A stretch of DNA of 64,000 nucleotides from Candidatus Poribacteria bacterium (GCA_965218095.1 OZ244587.1:96001-160000), one strand, 5' to 3'. Shown: positions 19,464-29,443, counted from the stretch's first letter. A program made the numbers and translations. Notes: generated from the letters alone by a model not told the origin.

Positions 19464-20501
19464 CTAAAACAGCAAATCATCCCCACCTTCCGGCGCCTGT
19501 GGGGTAACTCCCTCCTTTTCACCGCCAACTGTGAGATAGAATTGAAAGCCGGGTTCGCTGACGTAGCCGACATGAAAAGATGCCGTTTCAGACAGTTTGT
19601 ATCGAAATCCGAGACTGAGCAAGTCATTGATTGTGACGCCGCTGATGGGAAGTTTCCGTGAGAAATCACCGACTATCCAGAAATTATCAGAGAACGCAAC
19701 TTCACCACCAAGCTGCCAAGTCAACAGGAATGAATCCGTCGTCTTGAGGAATTTGGAGGAGAGGTAGCTTCCTATCCCCGCATGAGCTTTGATAAACTGA
19801 CCAAACCTTTGTGTCCCTACCAGATAGGTGTTGATACCGACAAACGGAAAACTGTCTGCCGGCGAACGATCAAGGAATTCCCGGTCAGAATTGAGTTTAT
19901 CGTCGGCGGTAAACCCAATCTGTACATCGCCGCCAATCGATACGCTGGGTAAGCCATCCTGTAGATCCGGCTTGATGTTGTACTTCAGTCCAACAACGAC
20001 GTCAAATATGGACTGATCATAAACCCGCCGATCTCGCGTCGGATCAAGCGGGCGTTCTTCGTTCCCCAGTTCGCCAAGCCGGTAAAAATCAGGAATGATT
20101 TTGCGGGCGCCTCCGGTCGAGAAGGTTGCCCCTAAGATTAAATCCAACCGCTCATCAATGCCGTAAGTCAATCGAACAGGCGCCAGGAAGATTTCGACCT
20201 CAAATTCAACATTATGTAATCCTTCAAAATTTCCAATAACAACACTTTGCGGCTGCCTAGGCGAACTATCCAATTTTTTTTTCTTGAATTGAAACATCCC
20301 AAGAGATGTTATGTATCCACCTTTACCTAAAGTTTCAGCGGTTTGCATTACACCGAGTTGAGGCGCCGGTGGGCCTTGCCCAAGGGCAGAAGTTCCAACT
20401 ATCGTTAAACAAGCAATAAAAATGAAAAAAGTTCGTTGTTGCATTGATTGAAAAAAGCGCATGCATTTATCCTCACGAAAACAATTATCCGTCATCCGCA
20501 A
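19464..20501 (-). CDS. hypothetical exported protein, probable outer-membrane beta-barrel
   Basis: Signal peptide and alternating hydrophobic beta-strands (VVVGLKYNI, LSLGFRYKL). Start is uncertain. Confidence 0.65.
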   Translation of the reverse strand: MRMTDNCFREDKCMRFFQSMQQRTFFIFIACLTIVGTSALGQGPPAPQLGVMQTAETLGKGGYITSLGMFQFKKKKLDSSPRQPQSVVIGNFEGLHNVEFEVEIFLAPVRLTYGIDERLDLILGATFSTGGARKIIPDFYRLGELGNEERPLDPTRDRRVYDQSIFDVVVGLKYNIKPDLQDGLPSVSIGGDVQIGFTADDKLNSDREFLDRSPADSFPFVGINTYLVGTQRFGQFIKAHAGIGSYLSSKFLKTTDSFLLTWQLGGEVAFSDNFWIVGDFSRKLPISGVTINDLLSLGFRYKLSETASFHVGYVSEPGFQFYLTVGGEKEGVTPQAPEGGDDLLF

Positions 20502-20540
20502 GATGTAAATCAGATAGATTCTGGCTTGGGATTACACCTG

Positions 20541-20603
20541 AGGAGGAAGAAAGGGAAGAACTTCCTTCCTCTCCTTCCATTCCTTCCATCTATCCTTTCT
20601 TCC
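20541..20603. repeat. purine-tract/pyrimidine-tract intergenic repeat
   Basis: GAGGAAGAAAGGGAAGAAC followed by TTCCTTCC...TTCCATTCCTTCC; similar copy at 37853-37913. Confidence 0.6.
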
Positions 20604-20685
20604 CGCTTGATACACATGGGACAAGAAGTCAAGTCTAAAGCAGAATACAGACTTTGCGGACGACGGAGTATTAGGATCACCATTA

Positions 20686-21819
20686 TCACGGAAGTGCTTC
20701 GACCATCTCGCTATCGTCTCGGCGACGGCCAGGTCTGGCCGTGTTATCAAACGCCGTTATAAAGTATCGGCGTACAGTAAGCCTCTGTCCATCCAGGAGA
20801 AAATCTTCGCCGGTGATTGTTACGCTGGTATCTTTCGCATCGACTTTCCTTCGGGGGACGAGGTTTTTCCCGAAAACAAGATTTCCACCAACCTGTTTTG
20901 TTGCGTAAATCTGATATCCGTCAAGGTCCGGTTCTTTATTCCTTGACCAGGAGATCCTTACGTCATATTTATTGGCTAACCGACGACCGAAACTTACTCG
21001 GGCGTTCTGCGGGGGCGCAGGCGGCAGATTCGGTGAAACTGCATTAATGGTAGTAACTCCTTCAACGCCAAACCGGTCTACAGCAACAACACGGTAGATT
21101 TTGGGAGTTTCATCCCGCTCAAATTTCTGATCGAAGAAAAATGTTCTATCCCTCGGCAGTTCGGCAAGCAGGCGAAATGGCAAAAATTCACCGCTCAAAC
21201 TTGATTCAGCAGCGAACACGCGAAAAACCTGGAAATCTTCGGGGGGTTGATAATCCTGCCAGAGCAGTTTAACTGTCAGATTTTCCAATTCGTCGCCAAG
21301 GATGACGTTCGGGGCAGGCGGCGGGATGCTTGGGGTTACACTGACTGTGGGCCAAATTCGCTGCGGTTGTTCGTTGGCGTCTGGCGGCGCGTCCGGATCG
21401 GGAGCTTCGACGCCCTTTTCATCAACGTATGAGATGCGATAGATGTAAATATGGTGTCTTCCGGTCACTGCATCAAACTGATCATTTTTGATGTTCTGTG
21501 TATCAATAAACTCCGTTGGGGGACGTGCGCCGGCCTTCCCAACGACCTCCCCGATACGTTCAAACGTGGAATTTAGGTCGCCGGTAAACCGCCGATAGAT
21601 TCGGTACTTGACAATGCCTTCATGACCAAGGTCTTGCCACGAGACCTTTACCTGCTTATCACCGGGGAGGGCATCTAAGCCGATTGGAGATCCGGCAGTG
21701 CGCAAGTTTTTGGGGTCGAGCGGATTGGCGAAATCCTCATTATCCGTGCAACCGGTGTAAAGTCCCGCTGCAAGGAGGAGTATAAAAATGACGGATAATT
21801 GAAACTGAAATCGTGTCAT
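20686..21819 (-). CDS. lipoprotein with fibronectin type III-like domains
   Basis: Lipobox-like YTGC then NPLDP; repeated FN3 signatures (VKVSW...YRIYR; ISWSRNKEPDLDGYQIY). Confidence 0.75.
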   Translation of the reverse strand: MTRFQFQLSVIFILLLAAGLYTGCTDNEDFANPLDPKNLRTAGSPIGLDALPGDKQVKVSWQDLGHEGIVKYRIYRRFTGDLNSTFERIGEVVGKAGARPPTEFIDTQNIKNDQFDAVTGRHHIYIYRISYVDEKGVEAPDPDAPPDANEQPQRIWPTVSVTPSIPPPAPNVILGDELENLTVKLLWQDYQPPEDFQVFRVFAAESSLSGEFLPFRLLAELPRDRTFFFDQKFERDETPKIYRVVAVDRFGVEGVTTINAVSPNLPPAPPQNARVSFGRRLANKYDVRISWSRNKEPDLDGYQIYATKQVGGNLVFGKNLVPRRKVDAKDTSVTITGEDFLLDGQRLTVRRYFITAFDNTARPGRRRDDSEMVEALP

Positions 21820-21823
21820 GCCT

Positions 21824-22267
21824 TCAGAATCGCCTTTGGAATAGGAGCGCCGTTCCGTGTGTTTGTGGATTGTAACTTGACTTGAGGTGCAGCATAGCTG
21901 ACCGGGAAGAAGATGATTTGGAAATGAAATCTAGTTCGTCGAAGATCGAGATTAATATCGCTAGCCCAACAAATCCAATCCCCGTTCGGGACATCGCGAC
22001 GCCTAGATTATGCTTGCCCGTGTAGTCATCTCGATGCTTCGCAATGTCAGCCTGGATCGCGGTCGTCAGGTATTGATCGTAGGCGTCCTGTGCTGAATTT
22101 TCGACAAAGACACTTCCAAATTTCAAGCCTATACCGGACGCAAACAGAGCGATTGTTAATATACGGGAGCGATCCGCGGCTCCCACAGGAGAAATCGCTG
22201 CCATTAAGATTAAAACGCAGCAAATCGCGATTAGCATTGCAATTTTCTTATTCCGATATGAATTCAT
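21824..22267 (-). CDS. hypothetical membrane protein
   Basis: Signal peptide plus two hydrophobic segments; ATG 22267 preceded by GAAGA, operonic spacing. Confidence 0.6.
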   Translation of the reverse strand: MNSYRNKKIAMLIAICCVLILMAAISPVGAADRSRILTIALFASGIGLKFGSVFVENSAQDAYDQYLTTAIQADIAKHRDDYTGKHNLGVAMSRTGIGFVGLAILISIFDELDFISKSSSSRSAMLHLKSSYNPQTHGTALLFQRRF

Positions 22268-22277
22268 TAGAGGTCTT

Positions 22278-22667
22278 CTATTCAGGAGCACGAAGCTTTT
22301 CTTTTGAGAGGCGATACCAAACGTACATTGCAAGCACGCTGAGTATACAGCCAAGACAGTCGGCAATCCAATCTGTGACGCTCGAATCCCTCCCCACTAT
22401 GAAGGATTGATGCCACTCATCGCTGGCGGCATAAAGGGAACTGAGTAGAAATGCAGCCATCCAGGGGGAGAAGCGAAAGATTTTACGTGAAGTATTGAGG
22501 AACGCACGTACAACTAAGAAACCGAGTACAGTGTATTCTAGCAGGTGGTACACTTTGTCGATGAGCGTCCAATCTAATTCGGATAAAGGCGGCTTGGATA
22601 GGGAGGAAACGAAAAAAATCACCGCTATATATAACAGTGGTGGCAACCAGTATTTCAGGAAATACAG
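22278..22667 (-). CDS. VanZ family membrane protein
   Basis: DKVYHLLEY and YAASDEWHQSFIVGRDSSVTDWIAD motifs. Probable CTG start at 22667. Confidence 0.88.
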   Translation of the reverse strand: MYFLKYWLPPLLYIAVIFFVSSLSKPPLSELDWTLIDKVYHLLEYTVLGFLVVRAFLNTSRKIFRFSPWMAAFLLSSLYAASDEWHQSFIVGRDSSVTDWIADCLGCILSVLAMYVWYRLSKEKLRAPE

Positions 22668-22872
22668 GATTTAATCTCCCTCAAGCAATTATTAGATCTC
22701 GCGCCCGGCGCATTTCTAAAGGTTGATTATACCTGATCGAATTTTTCGTTGCAAGTTTTTTTGGAGAAATCAGTGTCCCCCATTCGGCGGCGAACTATGC
22801 GCCGAAAGTTACAGAAATGACCTGGGCAAGATGATATTATCAAAATCTAAAAGCGCAGGAGGAGACTTGACG

Positions 22873-23529
22873 ATGCCTTTTCACTGTTTACTGTCGTTGT
22901 ATGTTTTTGCCATTGGATTGTTGGTGATTGGGTGTGGCGATAACCCAATTGTAGACACGCAGAAAGACCCTGTCGAAGACCCTTCATCCGGTGAAGGTGG
23001 AGTGACAATCACAGGGCAGGTGTTGCCTCCGGAAGTAAGCCCACAGGTTATTATGATACGGAATGGGATAGACTTCACAAACGCAATTGTAGACGAAGAA
23101 GGTCGGTATACTATCTCCAATCTCCCCGCCGGAGATTATAGCTTACAGGTGATCGCCACCGGCTTCTTCACCGATATTTCGATTAACAACCTTGAGTTGA
23201 AAGCAGGAGAAATTCATGGGGCAGATTTGGTGATTTTGCGTGAGCGGTCAGAAGCCGCAATCTTACTGGGACAAGTGGTCAATCAATCAAACAATCAACC
23301 CTTGCCAGACGCAGAGGTGCAGATTGAGTGTTCAACGGGTGTCTGTGCACCGTTGAGCGCAGTATCCGACCAGAAAGGCAGATTTTCAATTGATATTTGG
23401 TCCGGTTTAGGCTCAAACATCAACGTGTGGAAACCTGGCTACTGCACGAAACCCATCCACATAGAAGCGTTGAATCCAGGACAGAAATTCAATCTGAACC
23501 AGATTCAGTTGGCGCCTGTCGCACGATGA
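22873..23529 (+). CDS. lipoprotein with carboxypeptidase regulatory-like domains
   Basis: Lipobox VIGC; ITGQV...GRYTISNLPAGDYSLQV; AGGAGG RBS. Confidence 0.8.
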   Translation: MPFHCLLSLYVFAIGLLVIGCGDNPIVDTQKDPVEDPSSGEGGVTITGQVLPPEVSPQVIMIRNGIDFTNAIVDEEGRYTISNLPAGDYSLQVIATGFFTDISINNLELKAGEIHGADLVILRERSEAAILLGQVVNQSNNQPLPDAEVQIECSTGVCAPLSAVSDQKGRFSIDIWSGLGSNINVWKPGYCTKPIHIEALNPGQKFNLNQIQLAPVAR

Positions 23530-23702
23530 AAACAGTAATCCTTACGATTCCGATGATAATCACGCTTGGAATTTTGAGCTTGGGTTGCGCTCAAAGTCCA
23601 GCCGATGAATTTCTGCCTGAAGATGTTGCGCACAGCATCCCGCTCAATCAGATCTGCAATGGTGGACCGGACAAGGACGGATTGCGTGACGGAGCGCATT
23701 AG
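23526..23702 (+). pseudogene. N-terminal fragment of a DUF3179-like lipoprotein
   Basis: Lipobox LSLGC and IPLNQICNGGPDKDG (DUF3179-type GGPxKDGIP), followed by an abrupt stop. Confidence 0.55.
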
Positions 23703-23985
23703 CCGGTTACGGGATCCAATTTGGAAAGAGGTCTATTGATACACTCGACGAAGGTATCGACTATCAAAGAAGAAACCACCGATGGCAGCGTACTGGATAG
23801 CCCTCAACGTCAGATTTGTCTTGGCCCATCTCCTATCCGAAAAAATTTCCAATTACCGCAAAGCGTCTACCTACCCTAACCTTTCCGCTGTCTCCCTCCC
23901 CGAAAATCAAGACTTGCCAATGCCGCTAATCTATGATAGAATCTTTCCATATCAAAATTCTTTTCTCTTTCCAACCGGGGTGTTA

Positions 23986-24593
23986 ATGGATCACGACCAA
24001 CTGATTAAAACAATCTTGGCGGCATTTTTTGTTGAATTTCTGGAACTCTTCTATCCAGAGTTGGCCCAGGAAATCAAAGTCGACAGCACACAATTTTTCG
24101 ATAAAGAGACCTTCACGGATCTTCCGTTAGGAGAGCAGGAGATTCCCGACGTGCTGGCAAAAGTTGAAACCGTCTCAGGCAAATCACCAGAAATCTTTGT
24201 CCACATAGAAGGCAAATCGGGGTATCTGACGAATTTTCCGGAGCGGATGTTCAATTACTACACCGCCTTGCGATTGCGCTATCATCTCCCAATCTTCCCA
24301 AGGGAATTTGATGCTTTGGTGCAAGCCGGTCCATTTCATTTACAGAGGAGGTGAAAAACGTCATACTTACGTATGAAGGAAAGATGATTCAGCAAGGAAT
24401 CCAACAGACGAAGCAGCAGACACTACTTGATCAGTTACAGACGAAATTCGGCCAATTGCCATCTGAAATTTCTCAATGTGTGCTTGCCATCGATCAGATA
24501 GAAGAGTTGGATCAGTTGCTCCGAAAAATCCTCACCGCTAGTTCGCTGGACGAAATGGAGTTGAATGATCACCGTGACACTAGCGAAGCCTAA
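23986..24593 (+). pseudogene. Rpn-like / DUF4351 PD-(D/E)XK protein, internally deleted or frameshifted
   Basis: MDHDQLIKTIL...FFVEFLELFYP...FVHIE...FPERMFNY in one frame; QQGIQQ...LQTKFGQLP...LTASSLDE in another. Promoter TTGCCA-N17-TAGAAT at 23914-23942. Confidence 0.75.
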
Positions 24594-24633
24594 ACCGCGT
24601 TTTATGTATCACGCATCGTGAGGAACAAAATCA

Positions 24634-25596
24634 ATGCAGCGTATTCTATTAGACACCGATACTGGCGTGGACGACGCCCTCGCAATCATCTTCGCGCTGA
24701 ATTCACCAGAACTGAGGGTGGAGGCGATCACGACTGTCAGCGGCAATGTTCATGTTGACCTCTGCACGCGTAATGTGCTGATGACGCTGGAGGCAATGGA
24801 TTTGCGTGAATATCCTGTCATTGCTAAAGGAGAGCCGCAGCCGTTGATTAAGCCGCTTGTGACGGCGGTGCATGTGCACGGTTCCGACGGTTTAGGAGAT
24901 GTAGCGAAGCTGTTGACAGCTAATGGCTCGCGACGTTATCCAGAGCCCGAACCGAGATTGGGGGCAATTTCGGCAGTCGATCTCATCATTGAGCTCGCGG
25001 GGCAGTATCCAGATGAACTGATCCTCGCCCCCGTTGGGCCGCTCACAAATATCGCCAAAGCGATGATCAAGCATCCGGCGCGGATGCGGAGGATTAAAGA
25101 AATCGTGTTGATGGGAGGCGTTTTCGAGACCTACGGGAACGTTACGACGACTGCTGAGTTCAACATCTTCGTAGATCCGCACGCGGCGCAACTGGCCCTC
25201 GATTTTGGCGTGCCAATCACGATGGCGCCGCTGGATGTGACGCATCAGGTCATTCTGACGGGGGAGCGCCTGAATGCTGAAATCGGTAAACGGAACGATA
25301 GGTTATCACAGTTTCTGCGCGATGCCACGCAAGCGAGTATGGCATATCATCAGCAGCACGAAGGGTTTTACGGCACTTATATTCACGACGCACTTCCCAT
25401 CGGTCTGCTGACTCACCCGGATCTGTTTGAAACCGTCGATGCTTTCGTTCAGGTAGAAACAGCGGGCGATCTGACGCAGGGCATGACGATTGCCGATCTG
25501 CGTCCGGAGCGTCCGCGCCCAAAACCGAATACCCGCGTCTGCGTGAAAGTATACTCGGAAGATTTCCTGGAACATTTCTTTGAGCGCATCCTGTGA
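24634..25596 (+). CDS. inosine/uridine-preferring nucleoside hydrolase
   Basis: DTDTGVDD, HGSDGLG, GPLTN, AEFNIFVDPHAA and IHD motifs. Confidence 0.95.
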   Translation: MQRILLDTDTGVDDALAIIFALNSPELRVEAITTVSGNVHVDLCTRNVLMTLEAMDLREYPVIAKGEPQPLIKPLVTAVHVHGSDGLGDVAKLLTANGSRRYPEPEPRLGAISAVDLIIELAGQYPDELILAPVGPLTNIAKAMIKHPARMRRIKEIVLMGGVFETYGNVTTTAEFNIFVDPHAAQLALDFGVPITMAPLDVTHQVILTGERLNAEIGKRNDRLSQFLRDATQASMAYHQQHEGFYGTYIHDALPIGLLTHPDLFETVDAFVQVETAGDLTQGMTIADLRPERPRPKPNTRVCVKVYSEDFLEHFFERIL

Positions 25597-25632
25597 TTCA
25601 ATTGCGGATTTTTCGATCTTGATTTCAAGACG

Positions 25633-26622
25633 ATGATGACTCTACAACAGCACCACGAACAAGGTTTAATACACAAGAAAGCGAAACGTCTTGATGAACC
25701 GATTCATTCTTTTGAACAGTGCCTCACATTGCACCCATCAGATGGATTTGCACTGGCAAATCTTGCGCATATCTACCTGATGCAAAATCGCCTCAAATTG
25801 GCGCATGAGTTTGTCCAGAAAGCATTGAAGGCGAACCCCCAAAATCGCTTTGCCATCGGGCTGCGTGGACGTATCCTGTGGCAAATGGGAGATTTGGCGG
25901 GCGCCGCGGAGGCTTATGAAGAAGAGATCGCTTGTAACCCGCAGCGGAGCTATTCCTACCTTCAACTCGGCATGCTCCATCGCAAACTCAGGCGATTCCA
26001 GGACACCCTAAAAGTCCTCCAGCAGGGAATCGAACTTGACCCGAAACTGGGAAAATTGTACCATGCGATGGGAGATGTCTATGTCGCACTCAAGCAGACA
26101 GAGCAGGCAACGGCGGCTTACCAACGGGTTTTGGAACTCGATTCGGACGACGAATATGCTTTTACACGCTGGATTGATCTACAGGTGCGAAATCAGTACC
26201 CACAACAAGCCATCGATCAACTGAGACAACTTCTCAAGATCCCATCGCGGAATCGAAATCCTCACCTTCACGCACAACTTGGCCTTCAACTGAAAAGACA
26301 GGGCAAGTATAAAGAAGCGACTGAGGAGCTTGAAATCGTGGTCCAGTTAAAACCAAATTCCACCTACTTTCGCACGCAACTTGCGTTCTGCTATTCCAAG
26401 CAGAACGCATACCATCAAGCACTGCCAATCTTAGAAGGCGTTTTTGACCACCGACCGGGTGATACACAAATTATCGGCGCTATGGCGAAGGCATATTTTC
26501 ACCTTGGGAAACGTGATCAGGCGAAACACCTCTTAGCCCGAGGCATGAAAAAAACGCCTCATGATCGCTACCTGCAAAGCGTATGGGCACACATCAAACA
26601 ACAAAAATCCAGGGTTGACTGA
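25633..26622 (+). CDS. tetratricopeptide repeat protein
   Basis: About 8-9 TPR-like 34-aa repeats (ALKANP, GIELDP, VLELDS). Confidence 0.88.
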   Translation: MMTLQQHHEQGLIHKKAKRLDEPIHSFEQCLTLHPSDGFALANLAHIYLMQNRLKLAHEFVQKALKANPQNRFAIGLRGRILWQMGDLAGAAEAYEEEIACNPQRSYSYLQLGMLHRKLRRFQDTLKVLQQGIELDPKLGKLYHAMGDVYVALKQTEQATAAYQRVLELDSDDEYAFTRWIDLQVRNQYPQQAIDQLRQLLKIPSRNRNPHLHAQLGLQLKRQGKYKEATEELEIVVQLKPNSTYFRTQLAFCYSKQNAYHQALPILEGVFDHRPGDTQIIGAMAKAYFHLGKRDQAKHLLARGMKKTPHDRYLQSVWAHIKQQKSRVD

Positions 26623-27123
26623 ATGGCTCCACTAACATTCCAACTGCATGAAAATCAACAGAAAGCCTACCAGGCATTAGCTACTCGCATTGATTATGGG
26701 TGCGAGCACGGGACGATCTGCCTTGTCGGGGATTTTCAGTCGGGCAAAACAAGCATCGTCAAACACCTGCTCGTCGAAAGGTTTGACAAGCCAGCAGATT
26801 GTTATGTGAATCTGAACCTATACCTGCTCGACGAATTGGATAAGCAGAGCGCCTCGATCGCGTATGCCGGTGCGAAAGCAAAAACACACCTCTTGATGCA
26901 AATTTCTGTTGAAGATTTGCTAGAAAGACATTTCCACGCCCGCGATCTCCTTGTCCTTGATGCGATTGAAGTGACATATCCCTACGAGCTCAACCTCGTT
27001 TCGATTACCAATCGTTTCGCTCGCGATGGCAAGCACTGCATTATCTGTGTCCCTGAAAGCAAACAGCGTGATTACCGCTTCGATTTTAGCTGGGGGCTCG
27101 CAGAAGTGATTCGCGTTGCCTGA
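26623..27123 (+). CDS. small P-loop protein, BrxF-like
   Basis: Walker A LVGDFQSGKT, YVNLNLYLL and Walker B LLVLDAIE; 166 aa. Confidence 0.6.
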   Translation: MAPLTFQLHENQQKAYQALATRIDYGCEHGTICLVGDFQSGKTSIVKHLLVERFDKPADCYVNLNLYLLDELDKQSASIAYAGAKAKTHLLMQISVEDLLERHFHARDLLVLDAIEVTYPYELNLVSITNRFARDGKHCIICVPESKQRDYRFDFSWGLAEVIRVA

Positions 27124-27173
27124 GAAGTGGGTAATCTCTGTTTATGAGCTTACTGTTGGGATTGGATTTGTTG

Positions 27174-27202
27174 TTGACTGAAATTTCATAATATGGTATA
27201 GT
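27174..27202 (+). promoter_or_regulatory. sigma70 promoter
   Basis: TTGACT-N17-TATAGT with extended -10 TG. Confidence 0.6.
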
Positions 27203-27215
27203 TCTTTGGCAATTT

Positions 27216-27357
27216 TACCTTGACTTTGTTAGATTAAAAGAGCTCATCGGCAGATCCACTGCTGGCTTGCCCCCCCGGCCCCCCAATGCTGGGGGGAGAA
27301 TCGCACAAACTTTCCCAGAATTGGGGGCCGGGGGGCGAATGTAACAAAGTCAAGTTA
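27216..27357. mobile_element. MITE family A, copy 2
   Basis: TA-CC-TTGACTTTGTTA...TAACAAAGTCAA-GT-TA. Confidence 0.88.
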
Positions 27358-27410
27358 ATCATCTTTCCATGCTCAAGTCAAATAAGGAATTTCTTTCTGG
27401 GCAGATAAAA

Positions 27411-27641
27411 ATGAAAACACCAGAAACCAATCGGGATTATTATGAGATTTTAGGACTCAATTGAGACGCAACAGTTCTTGATATCGAGGCGGCTTGGCAG
27501 AAGAAGCAACGCGAGTATGACCTCGGCAAACTCCGGGGGTTGGGCGATAAATTGCAGGCGCTCGCGAAAGCAGAAACCGAGCGAATTAACGTCGCCTATG
27601 AGACATTGAAAGATCCTGCCAGGCGAAAACAATATGATTGA
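27411..27641 (+). pseudogene. degenerate DnaJ (J) domain with two in-frame TGA codons
   Basis: RDYYEILGLN*DAT...INVAYETLKDPARRKQYD*; HPD replaced by DLG; in frame with the downstream TPR ORF. Confidence 0.8.
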
Positions 27642-27704
27642 ATGCTCGCCGGTGATACCGTCGAGCTAACAAACCCAACCCAAGCCACCAAATTGGAAAA
27701 GTTT

Positions 27705-28217
27705 ATGAGCAAGCAAGCTGAAATCGCTAATGATCGAGCAATTGAATATTGGGAACAGAATCGCTTTGAAGAGGCGATTGCTCAATGGGAGAACGTCGTT
27801 CGTAAAAACCCGAATATTGCGGAGATACACCACAACCTTGGAAATGCTTATGCGCATCAAGGGAAAATTGAAGACGCGATCGAATCATTGAAGCAAGCAA
27901 TCTCTATAGATCCAACTTTAGTTGAAGCGTATAACAAAGTAGGGTGTATCTGCTACAAGCAAGGCAATTTTGACCTAGCATTCGCCAGTTGGAATCAGGC
28001 ATTGAAGATTGATCCCAATTTTGAAGAAGCCCATCACAACCTCAGGTTGATTCAGAATGTCACTCAGTTTGATGTTGACAGCGAAATCCCGGCATATCAA
28101 CATGTAACATCGGAAGACACAGAACAGCATGGGCAGGCGGACGAAGGGGATAGCGACGACACACCCAGATGGAGAAATCGAATCCGTCAAGGTTTGAGGA
28201 AGTTCCGAATAAAATAA
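27705..28217 (+). CDS. TPR protein
   Basis: Three to four TPRs (HHNLGNAY, YNKVGCICY, ALKIDPNFEEAHHNL). Confidence 0.85.
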   Translation: MSKQAEIANDRAIEYWEQNRFEEAIAQWENVVRKNPNIAEIHHNLGNAYAHQGKIEDAIESLKQAISIDPTLVEAYNKVGCICYKQGNFDLAFASWNQALKIDPNFEEAHHNLRLIQNVTQFDVDSEIPAYQHVTSEDTEQHGQADEGDSDDTPRWRNRIRQGLRKFRIK

Positions 28218-28288
28218 AGTGGTTTTTATAACGGGCGAATGGTCGAGACAAGATTCGTTGATTTGCTTCGTTATAAGATGCCTGAGCA

Positions 28289-28379
28289 CAAAAAAGGCCC
28301 CATTGGCGGAACCAATAGGGCCGTTCGAGCATGATATTCCGCCGCTCGGGGTTAGCGAGCGGTGGTAGAAGCGGATCAT
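28289..28379 (-). ncRNA. candidate small RNA (~90 nt) with its own promoter and terminator
   Basis: Minus-strand TTGCAT-N17-TATCTT (28412-28384); hairpin CCGCTCG/CGAGCGG; terminator GGCCCTATTGG/CCAATGGGGCC followed by a T-tract. Confidence 0.55.
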
Positions 28380-28471
28380 TTGTAAGATAACATAAACGCC
28401 CGCAGAATGCAAGACAAAACTACACTTTGTAAGCCAAGGTCTTCTAATCTACCTGTATCGTATACTCCTAT

Positions 28472-28876
28472 TCAAAACAGCATCTCACCTGCGGTTTCAA
28501 CAGGGAAGCCAATCGAAGCGTGGATCTGAACAAACTTCCACGTTCCTTCCTCCTTTTCTAGCACGCCCGTCACACGCATAGCGAGTTCTTCAAATACCCC
28601 ACCCCATTTGAGTCGCCAGATCTGCCGTGTGTAGAACCATGCCACAGCCCCTCGCTCCTGCACATCAAGATGCTCGAACTGGATTGTAAAATCTTCCACA
28701 TTTGCGACGATCTTTCGATAGTAATCGCCTGTGTTTTTGCCTCCCTCGATATGCTCGCTTGGCTCTGTCCCAATCTTCACATAGTAGTCGGCCAGGGACA
28801 TCATGCCGATAAGTTGGTCGGCGTCTCTTGCCACCAGCGCGTCAAAGCAGTTCTTGACCGTGTTATACGCATCCAT
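28472..28876 (-). CDS. NTF2/SnoaL-like family protein
   Basis: MRVTGVLEKEEGTWKFVQIHAS C-terminal signature. Confidence 0.85.
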   Translation of the reverse strand: MDAYNTVKNCFDALVARDADQLIGMMSLADYYVKIGTEPSEHIEGGKNTGDYYRKIVANVEDFTIQFEHLDVQERGAVAWFYTRQIWRLKWGGVFEELAMRVTGVLEKEEGTWKFVQIHASIGFPVETAGEMLF

Positions 28877-28956
28877 AGTGAGCCCCGAAACCCTTGGTAA
28901 CGTCTCGTTCACCTTTAGCGATCTCATCTCTGTTATCCTTTCTGATCCGGGTTGTT

Positions 28957-29365
28957 TCATGTGGATCTTTCAACCTGCCAACCGCCAATCCCCCGTTTTT
29001 CCGTCTCAAACCGAACACCGATAAGATGAATCTCCTTCTCCTTGAGCTTATATCTCTCAAAATACTCCATCTGTTTAATCTGCTTGAAGGCTTCCGCCTC
29101 ACTCTCATCCAGTTTGAACTCGAAACCGGACCCATCGTTAGATCTAAGAGGCTATTCAACCCGGAAAAGACGCCGACCTTGCTGAATTTGCTGATACCCG
29201 TAAGCAACACAAAGCGTAGATATTCATCCATCCTCTTGATGACAGTATAAAATTCCTTTAACACCTCCCGAATCCGTTGTGCCTCTTTCACATTTCCGAC
29301 ATTGTCGATGATTGGTTTATCGTATTCGTCTATTAAGACGACGACTTTGTTCTTGGCAGCAAGCG
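28957..29365 (-). pseudogene. AAA-ATPase-like / PD-(D/E)XK nuclease protein relic
   Basis: VVVLIDEYDKPI...FVLLTGISKFSKVGVFSGLN joined out of frame to C-terminal FEFKLDE...QIKQMEY; large internal deletion. Confidence 0.8.
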
Positions 29366-29381
29366 CGGATTGGTGGCATCC

Positions 29382-29443
29382 GTCATTCTGAACGAAGTGA
29401 AGGATCTCTTACGCCGAGATTCTTCGCAAAGCCTCAGAATGAT
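29382..29443. repeat. REP-like palindromic element
   Basis: GTCATTCTGAACGAAGTGAAGGATCTC...GAGATTCTTCGC...TCAGAATGAT imperfect hairpin. Confidence 0.7.

Noticed and set aside
27462-27464. Sec recoding of the TGAs in the J-domain, the MetE relic (~46612) and the lipoprotein relic (36709)
   Set aside because: No Cys/redox context and no +20 GUN hairpin. The genes are otherwise degraded, so these are more simply nonsense mutations.
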